A DNA stretch of 52,260 nt from an uncultured Actinomycetes bacterium (GCA_903832025.1 CAIKZY010000076.1:1-52260); one strand, 5' to 3'; counted from the stretch's first letter, positions 8,719 to 18,674 are shown. Made by a program: numbers and translations. Notes: generated by a model not told the origin, from the sequence alone.

Positions 8719-9883
8719 GGGTGATCAAAGTCGTATCGACGCCAGCGAGTTGGTGCTCAGTCGCTCGTCGGCTCTTCCTGGCAATCAACTCCTGCGCCAG
8801 GGTGACGTAGTCATCGGCGATTGCCGGCCACAAGAACATCGCTCCCTTTCTGGCCGCACGCTGTTGCAAGTCCTGGCGCAGGCCGTTGTTGCACAGGATC
8901 GCGCGGATGGCGCCGGCGATTGCTGTCGGATTGGCCTGTTCCACGAGGATTCCTGTTCCATCACCGAGCAATTCCATGGCATGGGGGAAGCGTGTGGAGA
9001 TCACCGGTTTCCCTGCCACAATTGCCTCCACCAGGACTCCGGAGGTTACCTGTTCCTTGGAGTCATATGGCAGGAGCACGACATCGGCGGAGTTGATGAT
9101 CTGGCTCAGGGATGGGGCATCCAGGTAGGCGTCGATGAATTCGACATCAGCAGATACTTTGCCAATCATTGCCCGATGCGTCAGTGATACTCGATAGTGC
9201 TCACCCTGGATCTCACGCACTTTGGGATGAGTTTGCCCGGCAATGACGTACTGCGGACGCGGGGAGAGATCAGCCAATTGCGCCAGCGCATCGATGCCCC
9301 ATTCGATGCCCTTCCCCTCGCTGAGCAGTCCCCAGGTGAGGACGATCGGCCGTTGCCCCTGGCGAAGCCCGTGCTGAGTGACTCGCAGGTCGGCTGAGCC
9401 GTGGGCGATCACGCGCACCTTCTCCTGAGCGACCGCGTAGTGCCGCAACAAGTTGCGTCGTCCGGTGAAGGTCATCGTGACCACCGCGTGAGCAGTATCC
9501 AAGATGGCTTGCATGATTTTTCGCTGATGTGAAGTAGGCGCTTTCAGCACGGTGTGGGCAACCACGATGATCGGAATGTGCACGTTGGACAGGATGTCGA
9601 CGATGTCCTGGCCATCCGAGCCGTCGAAAATGCCAAACTCGTGCTGCACGATCACGGCATCATGAGCATTGATCGTCTGCCATGTGGCGACATGGCCATT
9701 TCGAGCCCGGTGCCGCAGCACGACTGGATCAGAAATGACCGACTGCGCGATGTTCGAGCCGACCTCGATTACCGAGACACCAGTGCCATGCCGCCGCATC
9801 GCCGTGACCAGCGAGTGCGTGAAGGTTGCGATCCCGCACTGCGTTGGGGGAAACGTTCCAATCATCGCTACGTTGATCGACAT
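8699..9883 (-). CDS. Glycosyltransferase family 4
   Basis: TFPPTQCGIATF, QHEFGIF, WGLLSEGKGIE, GQTHP and QVTSGVLVEAIVAGKPVIST motifs. Confidence 0.9.
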   Translation of the reverse strand: MSINVAMIGTFPPTQCGIATFTHSLVTAMRRHGTGVSVIEVGSNIAQSVISDPVVLRHRARNGHVATWQTINAHDAVIVQHEFGIFDGSDGQDIVDILSNVHIPIIVVAHTVLKAPTSHQRKIMQAILDTAHAVVTMTFTGRRNLLRHYAVAQEKVRVIAHGSADLRVTQHGLRQGQRPIVLTWGLLSEGKGIEWGIDALAQLADLSPRPQYVIAGQTHPKVREIQGEHYRVSLTHRAMIGKVSADVEFIDAYLDAPSLSQIINSADVVLLPYDSKEQVTSGVLVEAIVAGKPVISTRFPHAMELLGDGTGILVEQANPTAIAGAIRAILCNNGLRQDLQQRAARKGAMFLWPAIADDYVTLAQELIARKSRRATEHQLAGVDTTLITLAPTGS

Positions 9884-9963
9884 ATTTGCTCCTTGAGCGT
9901 GGTGAAGTCTTGGCGCATCGATCTAACCACGTAGAATGAGCGCATCAGGTGATATGTGCACGT

Positions 9964-9993
9964 ACTGTTCGGTCACTGTTCGGTCACTGTTCG
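9964..9993. promoter_or_regulatory. 11-bp direct repeats (ACTGTTCGGTC x ~2.7) in the divergent promoter region; candidate response-regulator box
   Basis: Units at 9964, 9975 and 9986 with helical-turn periodicity, ~80 bp upstream of the GT4 start. Confidence 0.45.
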
Positions 9994-10228
9994 AGCACGG
10001 CTCATTGGTGTTGTGCCACAGTCCGCCGGTCGTGCGGGTCCACTGGTCAGTGCAGGCGGAGCGCTTCTTCTCACCCAGCCGTGATGACATCACGCGGGAT
10101 GCGGCCGAGAACCTGAACTTGGTACCGCCGCACGCTGCACAGTCGATGTTTAGACACATCCGAACATGTCTGCGCACAATGCAAAGCGCAGGCAGTTTGG
10201 CAACGCCAATACGGCAGAGGGGGACACG

Positions 10229-11143
10229 ATGACATCGGTAGTTTGCACCGCAGTAACGGGGCCGTTGACAACGGACCGTCGTCGGCCGGAATTTGATCGA
10301 CGTTCAGACGCGTTGAGCGTGCTGGCCATGGTGGATTACCTGCGCTCGCAACCGAGCATCGATCAGATCGCCGAGTATCTGGTGCTTCTTCTCATGCCCA
10401 GCAGAGGCGTGACGGCCGCCGCAATCTGCCTGATTGAATCGGACAGCCGGATGCGAATCGTCGGGTCATTCGGCATGTCTGAGTCAATGATCGAGCCGCT
10501 CAGTCGGTTAGCGCTGATCGATCAGGCACCCATGTGCGAGGCGTTGCGTAGTGGTGAGCCAGTCATCATTGGAACAGCGCAGGAAGTGATGACTCGCTTC
10601 CCATGGACATCGTCGAATCCTGAACTGTGTGTCCCGACAGCTGCCTGGCCACTGTCCATCCCGAGCAGACGTGTTGGAGCGATCCAGTTGTTCTTCGGCA
10701 ATCCCGCTGATCACGCGGTGATGAGCGAATCACTGGAAGGACTGACAGGGTTGTTGTCACTGGTGCTCAGCGGGCTGAGCTGGTCAGGACTGTTCCATAA
10801 CCGCGAGCAAGTTCAACAGACAGGTCATGGCCGGGATGGGGCAAGTGATCCTGGCAACCATTCCGGCTACTCGGGCGTAGGGTTTTCGCAGCGACGAGCT
10901 AATGGCAAGGATGCAGTCGATGAGTTGTCCGCTCGGCAGTTTCGCGTGCTGCAGATGATGGCGGAAGGACTGACCAATGCGCAGATTGCGCGACGAATTG
11001 GCTTCTCGGAATCGACGGTTCGCCAGGAAACCATGGCCGTGTTTCGATTCCTGCAAGTGCACAATCGCCATGAAGCGGTTCGAGTTGCTGGACCCAAGGG
11101 GTTGCTGACCGCGCCGGCGGAGCAAACCGTGGCTCATGACTAG
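10229..11143 (+). CDS. LuxR-family regulator with N-terminal GAF-like domain
   Basis: C-terminal LSARQFRVLQMMAEGLTNAQIARRIGFSESTVRQE. GAF-like APMCEALRSGEPV and AWPL segments. GAGGGG RBS. Confidence 0.88.
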   Translation: MTSVVCTAVTGPLTTDRRRPEFDRRSDALSVLAMVDYLRSQPSIDQIAEYLVLLLMPSRGVTAAAICLIESDSRMRIVGSFGMSESMIEPLSRLALIDQAPMCEALRSGEPVIIGTAQEVMTRFPWTSSNPELCVPTAAWPLSIPSRRVGAIQLFFGNPADHAVMSESLEGLTGLLSLVLSGLSWSGLFHNREQVQQTGHGRDGASDPGNHSGYSGVGFSQRRANGKDAVDELSARQFRVLQMMAEGLTNAQIARRIGFSESTVRQETMAVFRFLQVHNRHEAVRVAGPKGLLTAPAEQTVAHD

Positions 11144-11253
11144 ACATTGGCTGGCATGCTCGGTCACGGGTTCGCGAACAGCCTGTTCTTCCAAGCGAAA
11201 AAGAGCCACTGTCAGGTGAAGGCATTTCGTCCTCACATCGACAGGGGCACACC

Positions 11254-11652
11254 ATGGCCACGCAGAAAACGAATCATGAGGGTCGCTCGTCAGCTGGACT
11301 GAGTTCACGTCGGGCGATTGCCATTGGCGTGGCAATCTCGGCAACGTCCTTGGCAGTCGGCGGGGTGATGTTGGCTGAAGCCAACGCAGCACCAGTCCAA
11401 ACACAGGTCGTCACCGATACGCCAATTCAAGTCAATGGTGCGTGCGACAACCCGGGAAATCAGGGTGACAACAATGGATGCCGGCCCACAGAAACGGTGA
11501 CGGCTACCACGACCGTGACAGCCACGGCGACGAAAACGGTGCCCGGCCCCACGACCACGGTGCCCGGCCCCAGGGACTGGTCATGTCACCTCGCAAGGCC
11601 GAAAACTGCGCTTGAGGCTACCGAGCCCAAAGAGACCGCGGGGCGATTTTGA
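11254..11652 (+). CDS. Secreted Thr/Pro-rich protein, probably 3'-truncated
   Basis: Signal peptide (RRAIAIGVAISATSLAVGG...ANA), Cys pair and a TVTAT/TVPGP linker that ends abruptly in unrelated sequence. Confidence 0.5.
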   Translation: MATQKTNHEGRSSAGLSSRRAIAIGVAISATSLAVGGVMLAEANAAPVQTQVVTDTPIQVNGACDNPGNQGDNNGCRPTETVTATTTVTATATKTVPGPTTTVPGPRDWSCHLARPKTALEATEPKETAGRF

Positions 11653-11724
11653 TCAAGTCGCGAGTCTTGCGCCCTATATGTCGGAAATCAGCGCATTGAC
11701 CGTGAGCGCATCGCCAATCCGGGG

Positions 11725-12432
11725 TCAGGCCCAGATCGCTGCGGGCAACTGGTCAGAGAATCGCTCCGGTGGATCGGGCAGGCTGATGGCCTGCGCCGAT
11801 GTCCAACGCACCATGGTCCACGCCACGGCCAAGGCATCGACCACGTCGTCGACGCTTGCGTGCCGTGTGACATCAGGATCAAGCCCGGTCACATCCAGCC
11901 CGGCCGCGGTGAGCAGTCGGCGGCGTTCCTCAATGCCTGCCCAGCTGTGCTTGCTGTACGTCAGTGGTGCACCGGCCATGGCCGTGAAACTCAGTTCCGG
12001 ATGCACTTCCAGCATGGGGAGGGCGGTCGATCTCACCACGGCATCGACTTCCAGGATGCGAGCGCGCAGCGCGTACGCCATTGCCGAGATACCTTCGCCG
12101 GCCAGCTCCTTGTTGCGTGCGCTGGCCAGTGCATGCGTGGGTTGTTCCACGGCAGCGCGCGTGGGCGTCAAGAAGACGGTGCTGGCCCGTTTCCCCCCGA
12201 CCGCCTGCTTGGCCAGGACGTCCGCCTGTCGACGCGTGCGATCCGGTAGACCGATCGGCATGTCGATACCGACTCCGGCCAGGGGCTGCATTGATTGCCC
12301 GAGCGTGATCAACTCGGCGATGGACTGGGCATACAGCGCAGTGATGGCACCTCGGTGCACATGCATGCCGATCCAGCCCTTCACAGGTCCCACGGCACAG
12401 CCATCCACACCCAGGACTGCGCCATTGTTCAT
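11725..12432 (-). CDS. DUF429-family protein (predicted RNase H-like nuclease)
   Basis: VLGVDG, GIDMPIGL, RRQAD, EVHPELSF and DDVVDALA motifs. Confidence 0.85.
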   Translation of the reverse strand: MNNGAVLGVDGCAVGPVKGWIGMHVHRGAITALYAQSIAELITLGQSMQPLAGVGIDMPIGLPDRTRRQADVLAKQAVGGKRASTVFLTPTRAAVEQPTHALASARNKELAGEGISAMAYALRARILEVDAVVRSTALPMLEVHPELSFTAMAGAPLTYSKHSWAGIEERRRLLTAAGLDVTGLDPDVTRHASVDDVVDALAVAWTMVRWTSAQAISLPDPPERFSDQLPAAIWA

Positions 12433-12439
12433 GGCGTGA

Positions 12440-12730
12440 TCATGACATCGGATGAATACTGATGATTGCCACCAGGGCAAGCCCGCCAACCAGCCACCAC
12501 AAGGCGATCAGGATCGCGGCAGTGGACATGCCGACGCCCTGGCCGATTGCTTCGGCCCGCTTGCGTCCCACGATTGCCAAGATCAATCCGATGACTGCGG
12601 GAATGAGGCAGATGAACCCCAGGCAGGAACAGACCAATGCTGCAAGCACGATGCCCGGTGCTCGAGGGGTTGTTACCTCGGGAACTGACCGATGCGTTGG
12701 CTGCTCCGATGTGGCGTGCGGATCCTCCAT
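12440..12730 (-). CDS. Small membrane protein (DUF4190-like)
   Basis: Two hydrophobic segments; ALVCSCLG...IGLILAIVG...G.GMSTAAI pattern. Confidence 0.6.
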   Translation of the reverse strand: MEDPHATSEQPTHRSVPEVTTPRAPGIVLAALVCSCLGFICLIPAVIGLILAIVGRKRAEAIGQGVGMSTAAILIALWWLVGGLALVAIISIHPMS

Positions 12731-12799
12731 GCCGTAACGCTACTGGGCACTTCGGCAGTGCGCCGATCGCCATAATGAGGTCTGACTCAGGAGGATCGG

Positions 12800-13561
12800 A
12801 TGGCGATATCGGCAGTACGCTTTGATGGCCAGGTCGCCATCGTGACCGGGGCAACGCGTGGCATTGGCTTGGCGATCGCGCAACGTCTTGTTGACGAAGG
12901 CGGACGTGTGGTGATTACCGGACGAAAGTCGGCCGGGATTACGCAGGCCGTCGCCCAACTCGGCGCTGACCGGTGCCTGGGCGTGGCTGGCGCGTCAGAT
13001 GACACCGAGCATCAAGATGACGTCCTTGCCCAAGCCCTGACAACGTTCGGTCGACTTGATGTCCTGGTCAACAACACCGGCGTCAATCCGCATTTCGGCA
13101 CCGTCCTGGATATGCCTGAAGACGCCAAGCGCAAGACCGCTGACGTCAACATCTTCGGCACGTTGTCCTGGATCACCAAGGCCTACCAGGTGCACATGCA
13201 TCGGCATGGCGGAGCAATCGTCAACGTCGCATCCGTGGCCGGCATCCTGCCAGCGGGCGGCATTGGCTTTTATGGCGTGACCAAAGCTGCGGTGATCCAG
13301 TTGACTCGACAACTTGCGGTGGAGCTAGCACCGAGTGTGCGAGTCAATGCCGTGGCGCCGGCGGTGATCAGGACCCGGTTTGCCGAGGCGTTGTTTGCGG
13401 GCAAGGAAGCCCAGGTCGCCGCTGACTATCCGCTTGGACGCTTGGGTGAGCCGGAGGATGTTGCTGCTGCCGTGGCATTCCTGGCCAGTGCGGACGCGGG
13501 GTGGATGACGGGGCAAACGCTCACTGTGGACGGAGGGTTGACCCTGGGTGGAGGCGTGTGA
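12800..13561 (+). CDS. Short-chain dehydrogenase/reductase
   Basis: TGATRGIG, LVNN, YGVTK catalytic motif and VNAVAP. AGGAGG RBS. Confidence 0.93.
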   Translation: MAISAVRFDGQVAIVTGATRGIGLAIAQRLVDEGGRVVITGRKSAGITQAVAQLGADRCLGVAGASDDTEHQDDVLAQALTTFGRLDVLVNNTGVNPHFGTVLDMPEDAKRKTADVNIFGTLSWITKAYQVHMHRHGGAIVNVASVAGILPAGGIGFYGVTKAAVIQLTRQLAVELAPSVRVNAVAPAVIRTRFAEALFAGKEAQVAADYPLGRLGEPEDVAAAVAFLASADAGWMTGQTLTVDGGLTLGGGV

Positions 13562-13637
13562 TCGATCGGCGCTCGCGCTGCCTGACGCGATCACGCGCGT
13601 GAGCCGAACTTCAGCAACGCGCAGGTAGGGTGCAACG

Positions 13638-14609
13638 GTGATCAATCGTGAGCACGGCGGCCAGTCTGCCTCCCCAGGCACAGAAGGACGAGTCCTGCAG
13701 CAGCCAACGGGCACGGGACCCGGGGAACAACGATCACGTGGACACCGGGCACCGCGCCATCGGTTCTCCAAGGTCCCTGAGGTCACCGCGTTCTTCTGGA
13801 TTATCAAGATTTTGACCACTGGCATGGGGGAGACGGCATCGGACTGGATGGCGCACACGATCGGCCCACTGGCATCGGTACCGCTGGGTTTTGTCGTATT
13901 CGTCGTTGCCATGGCAATCCAGCTGCGATCCAAGCGCTACACCCCGTGGAAGTACTGGCTGGCGGTAGTCATGGTCTCGGTGTTCGGCACGATGATCGCC
14001 GACGCCATCCACGTTGGCCTTGGTGTGCCGTATGTGGTGTCGACCGTGGTGTTCGCCATAGTCCTGGCGGCAGTGCTGTATTACTGGCACGCCAGTCAGG
14101 GAACCTTGTCGGTCCACTCAATCAACACCAAGCAGCGTGAGCTGTATTACTGGGCGACGGTGATCACGACCTTCGCCTTGGGCACGGCGGCCGGAGACAT
14201 GACCGCGGTCACCTTCCACTGGGGCTATCTGGGCTCTGCGGTGGTGTTCGCTATCGCCTTTGCGATTCCGATGATGCTCGGCCGAATCGGGGTCAATCAC
14301 GTTGCCATGTTCTGGACTGCCTACATCATTACGCGGCCGCTGGGGGCCTCAATTGCCGACTGGATGGGCATGCCGGCTACCCGCGGCGGACTTGGTTGGG
14401 GTACCGGCACGGTGACGGTGCTGTGGTCATTCATGATCGTGGTGTGCGTCATCGTGCTCGGCCGTTCGCATAAGGACGTGGATCCATCGGATCTTCCACG
14501 TGCCCAGCGGCCAACGACGCAGGCGGCGAACGGGCACTGGTCCGTCAGGGACCAGCGTCGCCCCGCTCGTCAGGCTGATGTGTCAGCATCCAAGCGCCGC
14601 TTTCAGTAG
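13638..14609 (+). CDS. COG4705/DUF347-type repeated membrane protein
   Basis: KVPEVTAFFWIIKILTTGMGETASD, YWLAVV...GT, TFALGTAAGD and FWTAYIITRPLGAS motifs. Start uncertain. Confidence 0.85.
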   Translation: MINREHGGQSASPGTEGRVLQQPTGTGPGEQRSRGHRAPRHRFSKVPEVTAFFWIIKILTTGMGETASDWMAHTIGPLASVPLGFVVFVVAMAIQLRSKRYTPWKYWLAVVMVSVFGTMIADAIHVGLGVPYVVSTVVFAIVLAAVLYYWHASQGTLSVHSINTKQRELYYWATVITTFALGTAAGDMTAVTFHWGYLGSAVVFAIAFAIPMMLGRIGVNHVAMFWTAYIITRPLGASIADWMGMPATRGGLGWGTGTVTVLWSFMIVVCVIVLGRSHKDVDPSDLPRAQRPTTQAANGHWSVRDQRRPARQADVSASKRRFQ

Positions 14610-14683
14610 GCGCGGTCGGGCCTGACGACAGGCACGCCTCAGCCAATGTCTGCGAAGGCAACCTGTGGCCTCATACTTGTCCG

Positions 14684-15625
14684 GTGCGTGTTCGCTTCCC
14701 CGTGATCGCTGGTGTCGCAGCGATCCTGGCCATCGGCCTGTCGGGCTGCGCTCGATCCACCACGGCGCTGGCGCCAATTCCTGCCCCATCGGCAGCGGTG
14801 ACCAGTCCGGTACCCACGTTGGCGCCGCCGTCCATGCCCGCAGCAAGCGCGATGGCTGGCGAGGCGGGCGCCGGCGAGATGTCGAGCATGGGCGCACAGA
14901 TGGACACGGCCGTTCCCACGGCAGGGGCCAGCCAGTCGGCAGCGCCACTACCAACCGGCATCCCGTCAACCCTGCCGCCTGGAGCAGTGCCATCGGGTGC
15001 GCCCGCATCGGGTGTCACGGTGAGGATCCCGGCGACACAGGGCGGTCTGGCTCCGGTCATCCACCAGGTCGACACCACCGATCCGGTGGTCTTCATCACC
15101 ATTGATGACGGGTACTACAAGTCACCGGCTGTCGCGGAATTTTTGGCCGCCAACAAGATTCCGGTGACGCCGTTTCTGGCCATGAACGCCATCACCAGCG
15201 ATCCCCACTATTTCAACGTCATTCAGGGGGTGACTGGTCAGGTTCCTCAAGACCATTCCATGACGCACCCGTTCTTGTCCAAACTGTCCTACAGCCAGCA
15301 GAAGGCGCAGATTTGCCAGGCCGCGGATGAGGAGTTGCGGTACTACGGCACTCGGCCCTGGCTATTTCGTCCCCCGTTCGGTGATTTCAATGCCGATACC
15401 CAGCGAGCAGCAGCCGCATGCGGGATGCGGGCATTGGTGATGTGGGATGCGTCCTTGCCGCACGCCATCGTGCGATTTGCGGCAGGGGACCATTTCCGTG
15501 CCGGTGACATTCTCCTGGTGCACTGGCGACCAAATATGGCCAGAGACATCGCCGGGGCGGTTGCACAGATCAAGGCACAAGGATTGCGCGTGGCGGCCTT
15601 GCAGGATTACCTGCCGATCCCGTAG
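14684..15625 (+). CDS. Polysaccharide deacetylase (CE4/NodB) lipoprotein
   Basis: Lipobox LSGC, Pro/Ala linker, then FITIDDG, HSMTHP, FRPPFG and ILLVH motifs. Confidence 0.88.
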   Translation: MRVRFPVIAGVAAILAIGLSGCARSTTALAPIPAPSAAVTSPVPTLAPPSMPAASAMAGEAGAGEMSSMGAQMDTAVPTAGASQSAAPLPTGIPSTLPPGAVPSGAPASGVTVRIPATQGGLAPVIHQVDTTDPVVFITIDDGYYKSPAVAEFLAANKIPVTPFLAMNAITSDPHYFNVIQGVTGQVPQDHSMTHPFLSKLSYSQQKAQICQAADEELRYYGTRPWLFRPPFGDFNADTQRAAAACGMRALVMWDASLPHAIVRFAAGDHFRAGDILLVHWRPNMARDIAGAVAQIKAQGLRVAALQDYLPIP

Positions 15626-15712
15626 GTGCCCTCAGCACCAGGCAACGGGCACCAGACACCACGCACCACGCACCACGCACCATGGCACACGTGAGCCACG
15701 AGCCAAGGCGCG

Positions 15713-15955
15713 CTAGCGGACGATCCGCCGCAGGCTCATCACCAAGGCCACGACCCAGCCGATCAGCGTCCAGCCGAGCAGAAGGTCGATCCAGAAGATT
15801 GCCGTGCTGTTGCGGAGCCCGCGAAAGATCGCGATGGTCCACGGGAGCATGTAGCCACCGGTCACGATCGCCACGATCACGGCGATGACCTGGATCGTCG
15901 TGGAATACTGGCGGGGCTCATCTGTGGCCACGTAGACAGTCGGATATTCAGCCAT
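15713..15955 (-). CDS. Superinfection immunity protein (T4 Imm-like)
   Basis: YMLPWTIAIFRG...AIFWIDLLLGWTLIGWVVALV matches the family pattern. Confidence 0.8.
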   Translation of the reverse strand: MAEYPTVYVATDEPRQYSTTIQVIAVIVAIVTGGYMLPWTIAIFRGLRNSTAIFWIDLLLGWTLIGWVVALVMSLRRIVR

Positions 15956-16057
15956 GCGGCAATGCTAGCTACCGCAGTGCCACCCGAAGCCCCCAACACG
16001 TGCGTCGATGATTGCGTGATCACCACCGCCGAGAGCCCAACGCCGTAGGCTGAGGCC

Positions 16058-16477
16058 ATGACCTCTCCCACTGACCACATCGCCGTTCATGCTCGCCTGC
16101 GTCGACTGGGGGCAATGATGATCGGTTCGCTGATCATTGAGATGCTGCTGGGCACGGCCAATGCGCTGTGGCTGAAACTGCCCGACACGGGATCCGGGTG
16201 GAGCAGCGCGACACCGATGTGGTTGGTGTCCTTGCACATGATCTGGGGCCTGGCAATCTTGTTCCTGGCGATCTGGATTGCCGTCCTGGCCTGGCGGAAC
16301 AAGATCGCGAAGTGGAACCTGTGGAACCTGGCCGGCATCATCGGCATCATCATCGCCTTCGCCGGCGGCAGTTCCTTCCTGTCCGAAGTCAGCAACAACG
16401 GCGCCTCGTTCACGATGGCAGTCGGCTGGGCCATCGCCATTGGCGCATATGCGTTGGCGTTAGTGAGCGTCGACTAA
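16058..16477 (+). CDS. Hypothetical 4-TM membrane protein
   Basis: Four hydrophobic segments, GC-type codon usage and a GAGG RBS. Confidence 0.7.
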   Translation: MTSPTDHIAVHARLRRLGAMMIGSLIIEMLLGTANALWLKLPDTGSGWSSATPMWLVSLHMIWGLAILFLAIWIAVLAWRNKIAKWNLWNLAGIIGIIIAFAGGSSFLSEVSNNGASFTMAVGWAIAIGAYALALVSVD

Positions 16478-16554
16478 TGTTCCACTTGCACCAGGGGTGC
16501 TCACGGTGAGATCGGTCAAGGATTGCATACTCGACCCCCAGTCAAGGGCGCGTG

Positions 16555-17103
16555 ATGAGTGAGGAACCGCCACGGGCATCACTGTTCCAGCGCGTGAAAC
16601 CGGTGGACCCGGCCCAACGTCTTCAGGTGACCCGGCTGGTGCCGCTGGTCCTGGTCGAGACTGCTGGCCTGGCAATGTTGTTTGCCCTGTATCGGCTACT
16701 CCACGTTTCCGGATCGGTGTTAGCACCGATCGTCATCCCGCCGATCGTGAGCTTTGTCCTGGTCTTCGCCACGGCGCACACTCCGGCATCACGCCCCCTT
16801 CGTGTGTTCACGTCCTACGTCATCGCGGCCATATTCGGACTGGGCATGGCCGCCATTCCGGGCCCGCGCGTGGTCGATGCGGTTATTGCCGCCGCGCTGA
16901 CCTTGTTCGCCATGCATGGCATCGGGGCCTTTCACGCACCAGCCATTGCGGTGTCCATGGCCTCAGTACTGGGAGAGCCGACATGGCAGGACGCGATACG
17001 TGCGTTTCCCTTGCTGCTGGGAACCGTGGTCCTGGTGCTGCTCATGGCCTGGGCGGCGCACAAGATTCTCGGTGACGAGACGTATCCGGTCGCCTGGTGG
17101 TAA
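16555..17103 (+). CDS. HPP-family membrane protein
   Basis: VLVFATAHTPASRP and FHAPAIAV (variant of HPPA) motifs. Confidence 0.75.
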   Translation: MSEEPPRASLFQRVKPVDPAQRLQVTRLVPLVLVETAGLAMLFALYRLLHVSGSVLAPIVIPPIVSFVLVFATAHTPASRPLRVFTSYVIAAIFGLGMAAIPGPRVVDAVIAAALTLFAMHGIGAFHAPAIAVSMASVLGEPTWQDAIRAFPLLLGTVVLVLLMAWAAHKILGDETYPVAWW

Positions 17104-17276
17104 TCGGCCGTGCGTGCGGGGTAGCGCCAGGTTCACATCGGAATGCATGAGCACTGCAGTGCTCGAGCATGGCCGTGATGGGTGACCAGGCGCAGTCCGC
17201 CGCTGTTCGTGGCCAAGATTGGCGCTGTGTCACACCGCGATGTCGTTGACCTGGCCGTGCCGGCAGGGCTTGGCGT

Positions 17277-17645
17277 CTACTGGTTCGGCTGCTGGTGATG
17301 TAACTCAAGAAGCAACTGCTTGATGGCTTTCATCTCCTCCACGTGCGAGGCTCGCTGGGTCTTGGCCAGCTCAAATTCCGCGAGCGAGGCATCATGGGTC
17401 TCATCCATCTTCTGTGCCACACCCATGGCTTGCTGGTCCTGGCCAACCATGATGATGGACAGCAGGACCAGCTGCAGGAATGTTTGTGCCACCCAGGCAA
17501 CGATGATGATCGGGTCATGGGTCCGGATAGCAGCCGGCAGGCTGATCAGGGCTATCGCGGCAAACAGGTAGGCGCACCACATGGTGCCGACGAATCCGGT
17601 GATCTTGCGGGCCAGGCCGGCATTGAAGGAATTGAGTGCGTGCAT
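17277..17645 (-). CDS. DUF1003-like membrane protein
   Basis: LARKITGFVGTMWCAYLF and WVAQTFLQLVLLSIIMVGQ motifs. Start uncertain; the ORF is open further upstream. Confidence 0.7.
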   Translation of the reverse strand: MHALNSFNAGLARKITGFVGTMWCAYLFAAIALISLPAAIRTHDPIIIVAWVAQTFLQLVLLSIIMVGQDQQAMGVAQKMDETHDASLAEFELAKTQRASHVEEMKAIKQLLLELHHQQPNQ

Positions 17646-17962
17646 CTGGGCTCCAGGGTGACGTTGACCAAGGCGGACTTCGCGGCTGTGCGCGCGAAGA
17701 TGTACCGCCAGCGTAGAACGCACGACCGCACATCGGGCAACGGCGCACGCGTCAGCCGCCACCTGTGTCACCGGCGCGTCCAGGGAACGCAACCGCGAAC
17801 AGGCAAGCTCCAAACACTCGGTCATGGTTCGTGCCGGAACAGCCGGCTCGACGCGGATGGGCTGTTTCGAACAGTGGGTGCGCGAGTGCGGCACTTGACC
17901 GCGCGTACCGTTCAGGTCTTGACTGGCGCTATCGCGCACTGTGGACCTGGTGAGGAAAACGC

Positions 17963-18235
17963 ATGAACTCTTTTATGGTTGTCTGCTCATTCGCCCCGGG
18001 TACCGACATGACTGAGGTGATGGCCGTCGTTGCCGCTGAGCAGGCAAAGGTCGCCGAGTTGAAGGCTACCGGTCAGATTGGCGCTGTCTACCTGTCGACA
18101 CTGGAACGTGGCACGGTCTTCCTGGAGATCTTTGCCGAGGAGGCAGATGCCGCGCGCTCGATCGTGACGTCCTTACCCATGGCACGGTGGTGGGACCTGG
18201 ATATCTATCCGATCAACGCCCCTGTTCAACGGTGA
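17963..18235 (+). CDS. Muconolactone isomerase-like small protein
   Basis: 90 aa with EQAKVAEL...G and LPMARWWDLDIYP pattern. GAGGA RBS. Confidence 0.6.
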   Translation: MNSFMVVCSFAPGTDMTEVMAVVAAEQAKVAELKATGQIGAVYLSTLERGTVFLEIFAEEADAARSIVTSLPMARWWDLDIYPINAPVQR

Positions 18236-18250
18236 GTGAAGGAGTCACCC

Positions 18251-18637
18251 ATGAGTGCCTTTACCCCTGCTGAGATCCAGTACCTGCGCACCCAGCCGCT
18301 CATGCGCTTTGCCAGCGCATCACTGACTGGTCGACCTGATGTCGCACCGGTGATCTTCGAGTTGGACGGCGATGACATCCTCACCGCTGGATTCGACATC
18401 CCCAAGACCGTTCGATACAAGAACGTCCAGTCCAATCCTCGGGCGACCGTCGTGGTTGACGACCTGGCTGCAATGGATCCGTGGTCTCCTCGCGGCATCA
18501 AGGTCATTGGCTCATGCGTCGTGGAGAGCCACGGAGGGGGAGAGCGATTTCGCATCCGCCCCGAGGTGATCATCAGTTGGGCGATCAACGACACCACTCC
18601 GGGTATCCCGACGATGGAGCGACGCGTCGTGGGCTAG
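18251..18637 (+). CDS. PPOX-class F420-dependent oxidoreductase
   Basis: FTPAEIQYL, GRPDVAPV, YKNVQSNP and VVDDLAAMDPWSPRGIKV motifs. AAGGAG RBS. Confidence 0.85.
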   Translation: MSAFTPAEIQYLRTQPLMRFASASLTGRPDVAPVIFELDGDDILTAGFDIPKTVRYKNVQSNPRATVVVDDLAAMDPWSPRGIKVIGSCVVESHGGGERFRIRPEVIISWAINDTTPGIPTMERRVVG

Positions 18638-18638
18638 G

Positions 18639-18674
18639 CCCAGCAATGTGGTCTCGTGAGACCACATTGCTGGG
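18639..18674. terminator. Perfect 17-bp inverted repeat between convergent genes (bidirectional terminator)
   Basis: CCCAGCAATGTGGTCTC-GT-GAGACCACATTGCTGGG fills the gap between the two stop codons. Confidence 0.8.

Noticed and set aside
15655-15682. CACCACG heptamer repeat
   Set aside because: A short simple repeat between convergent genes with no evidence of function.
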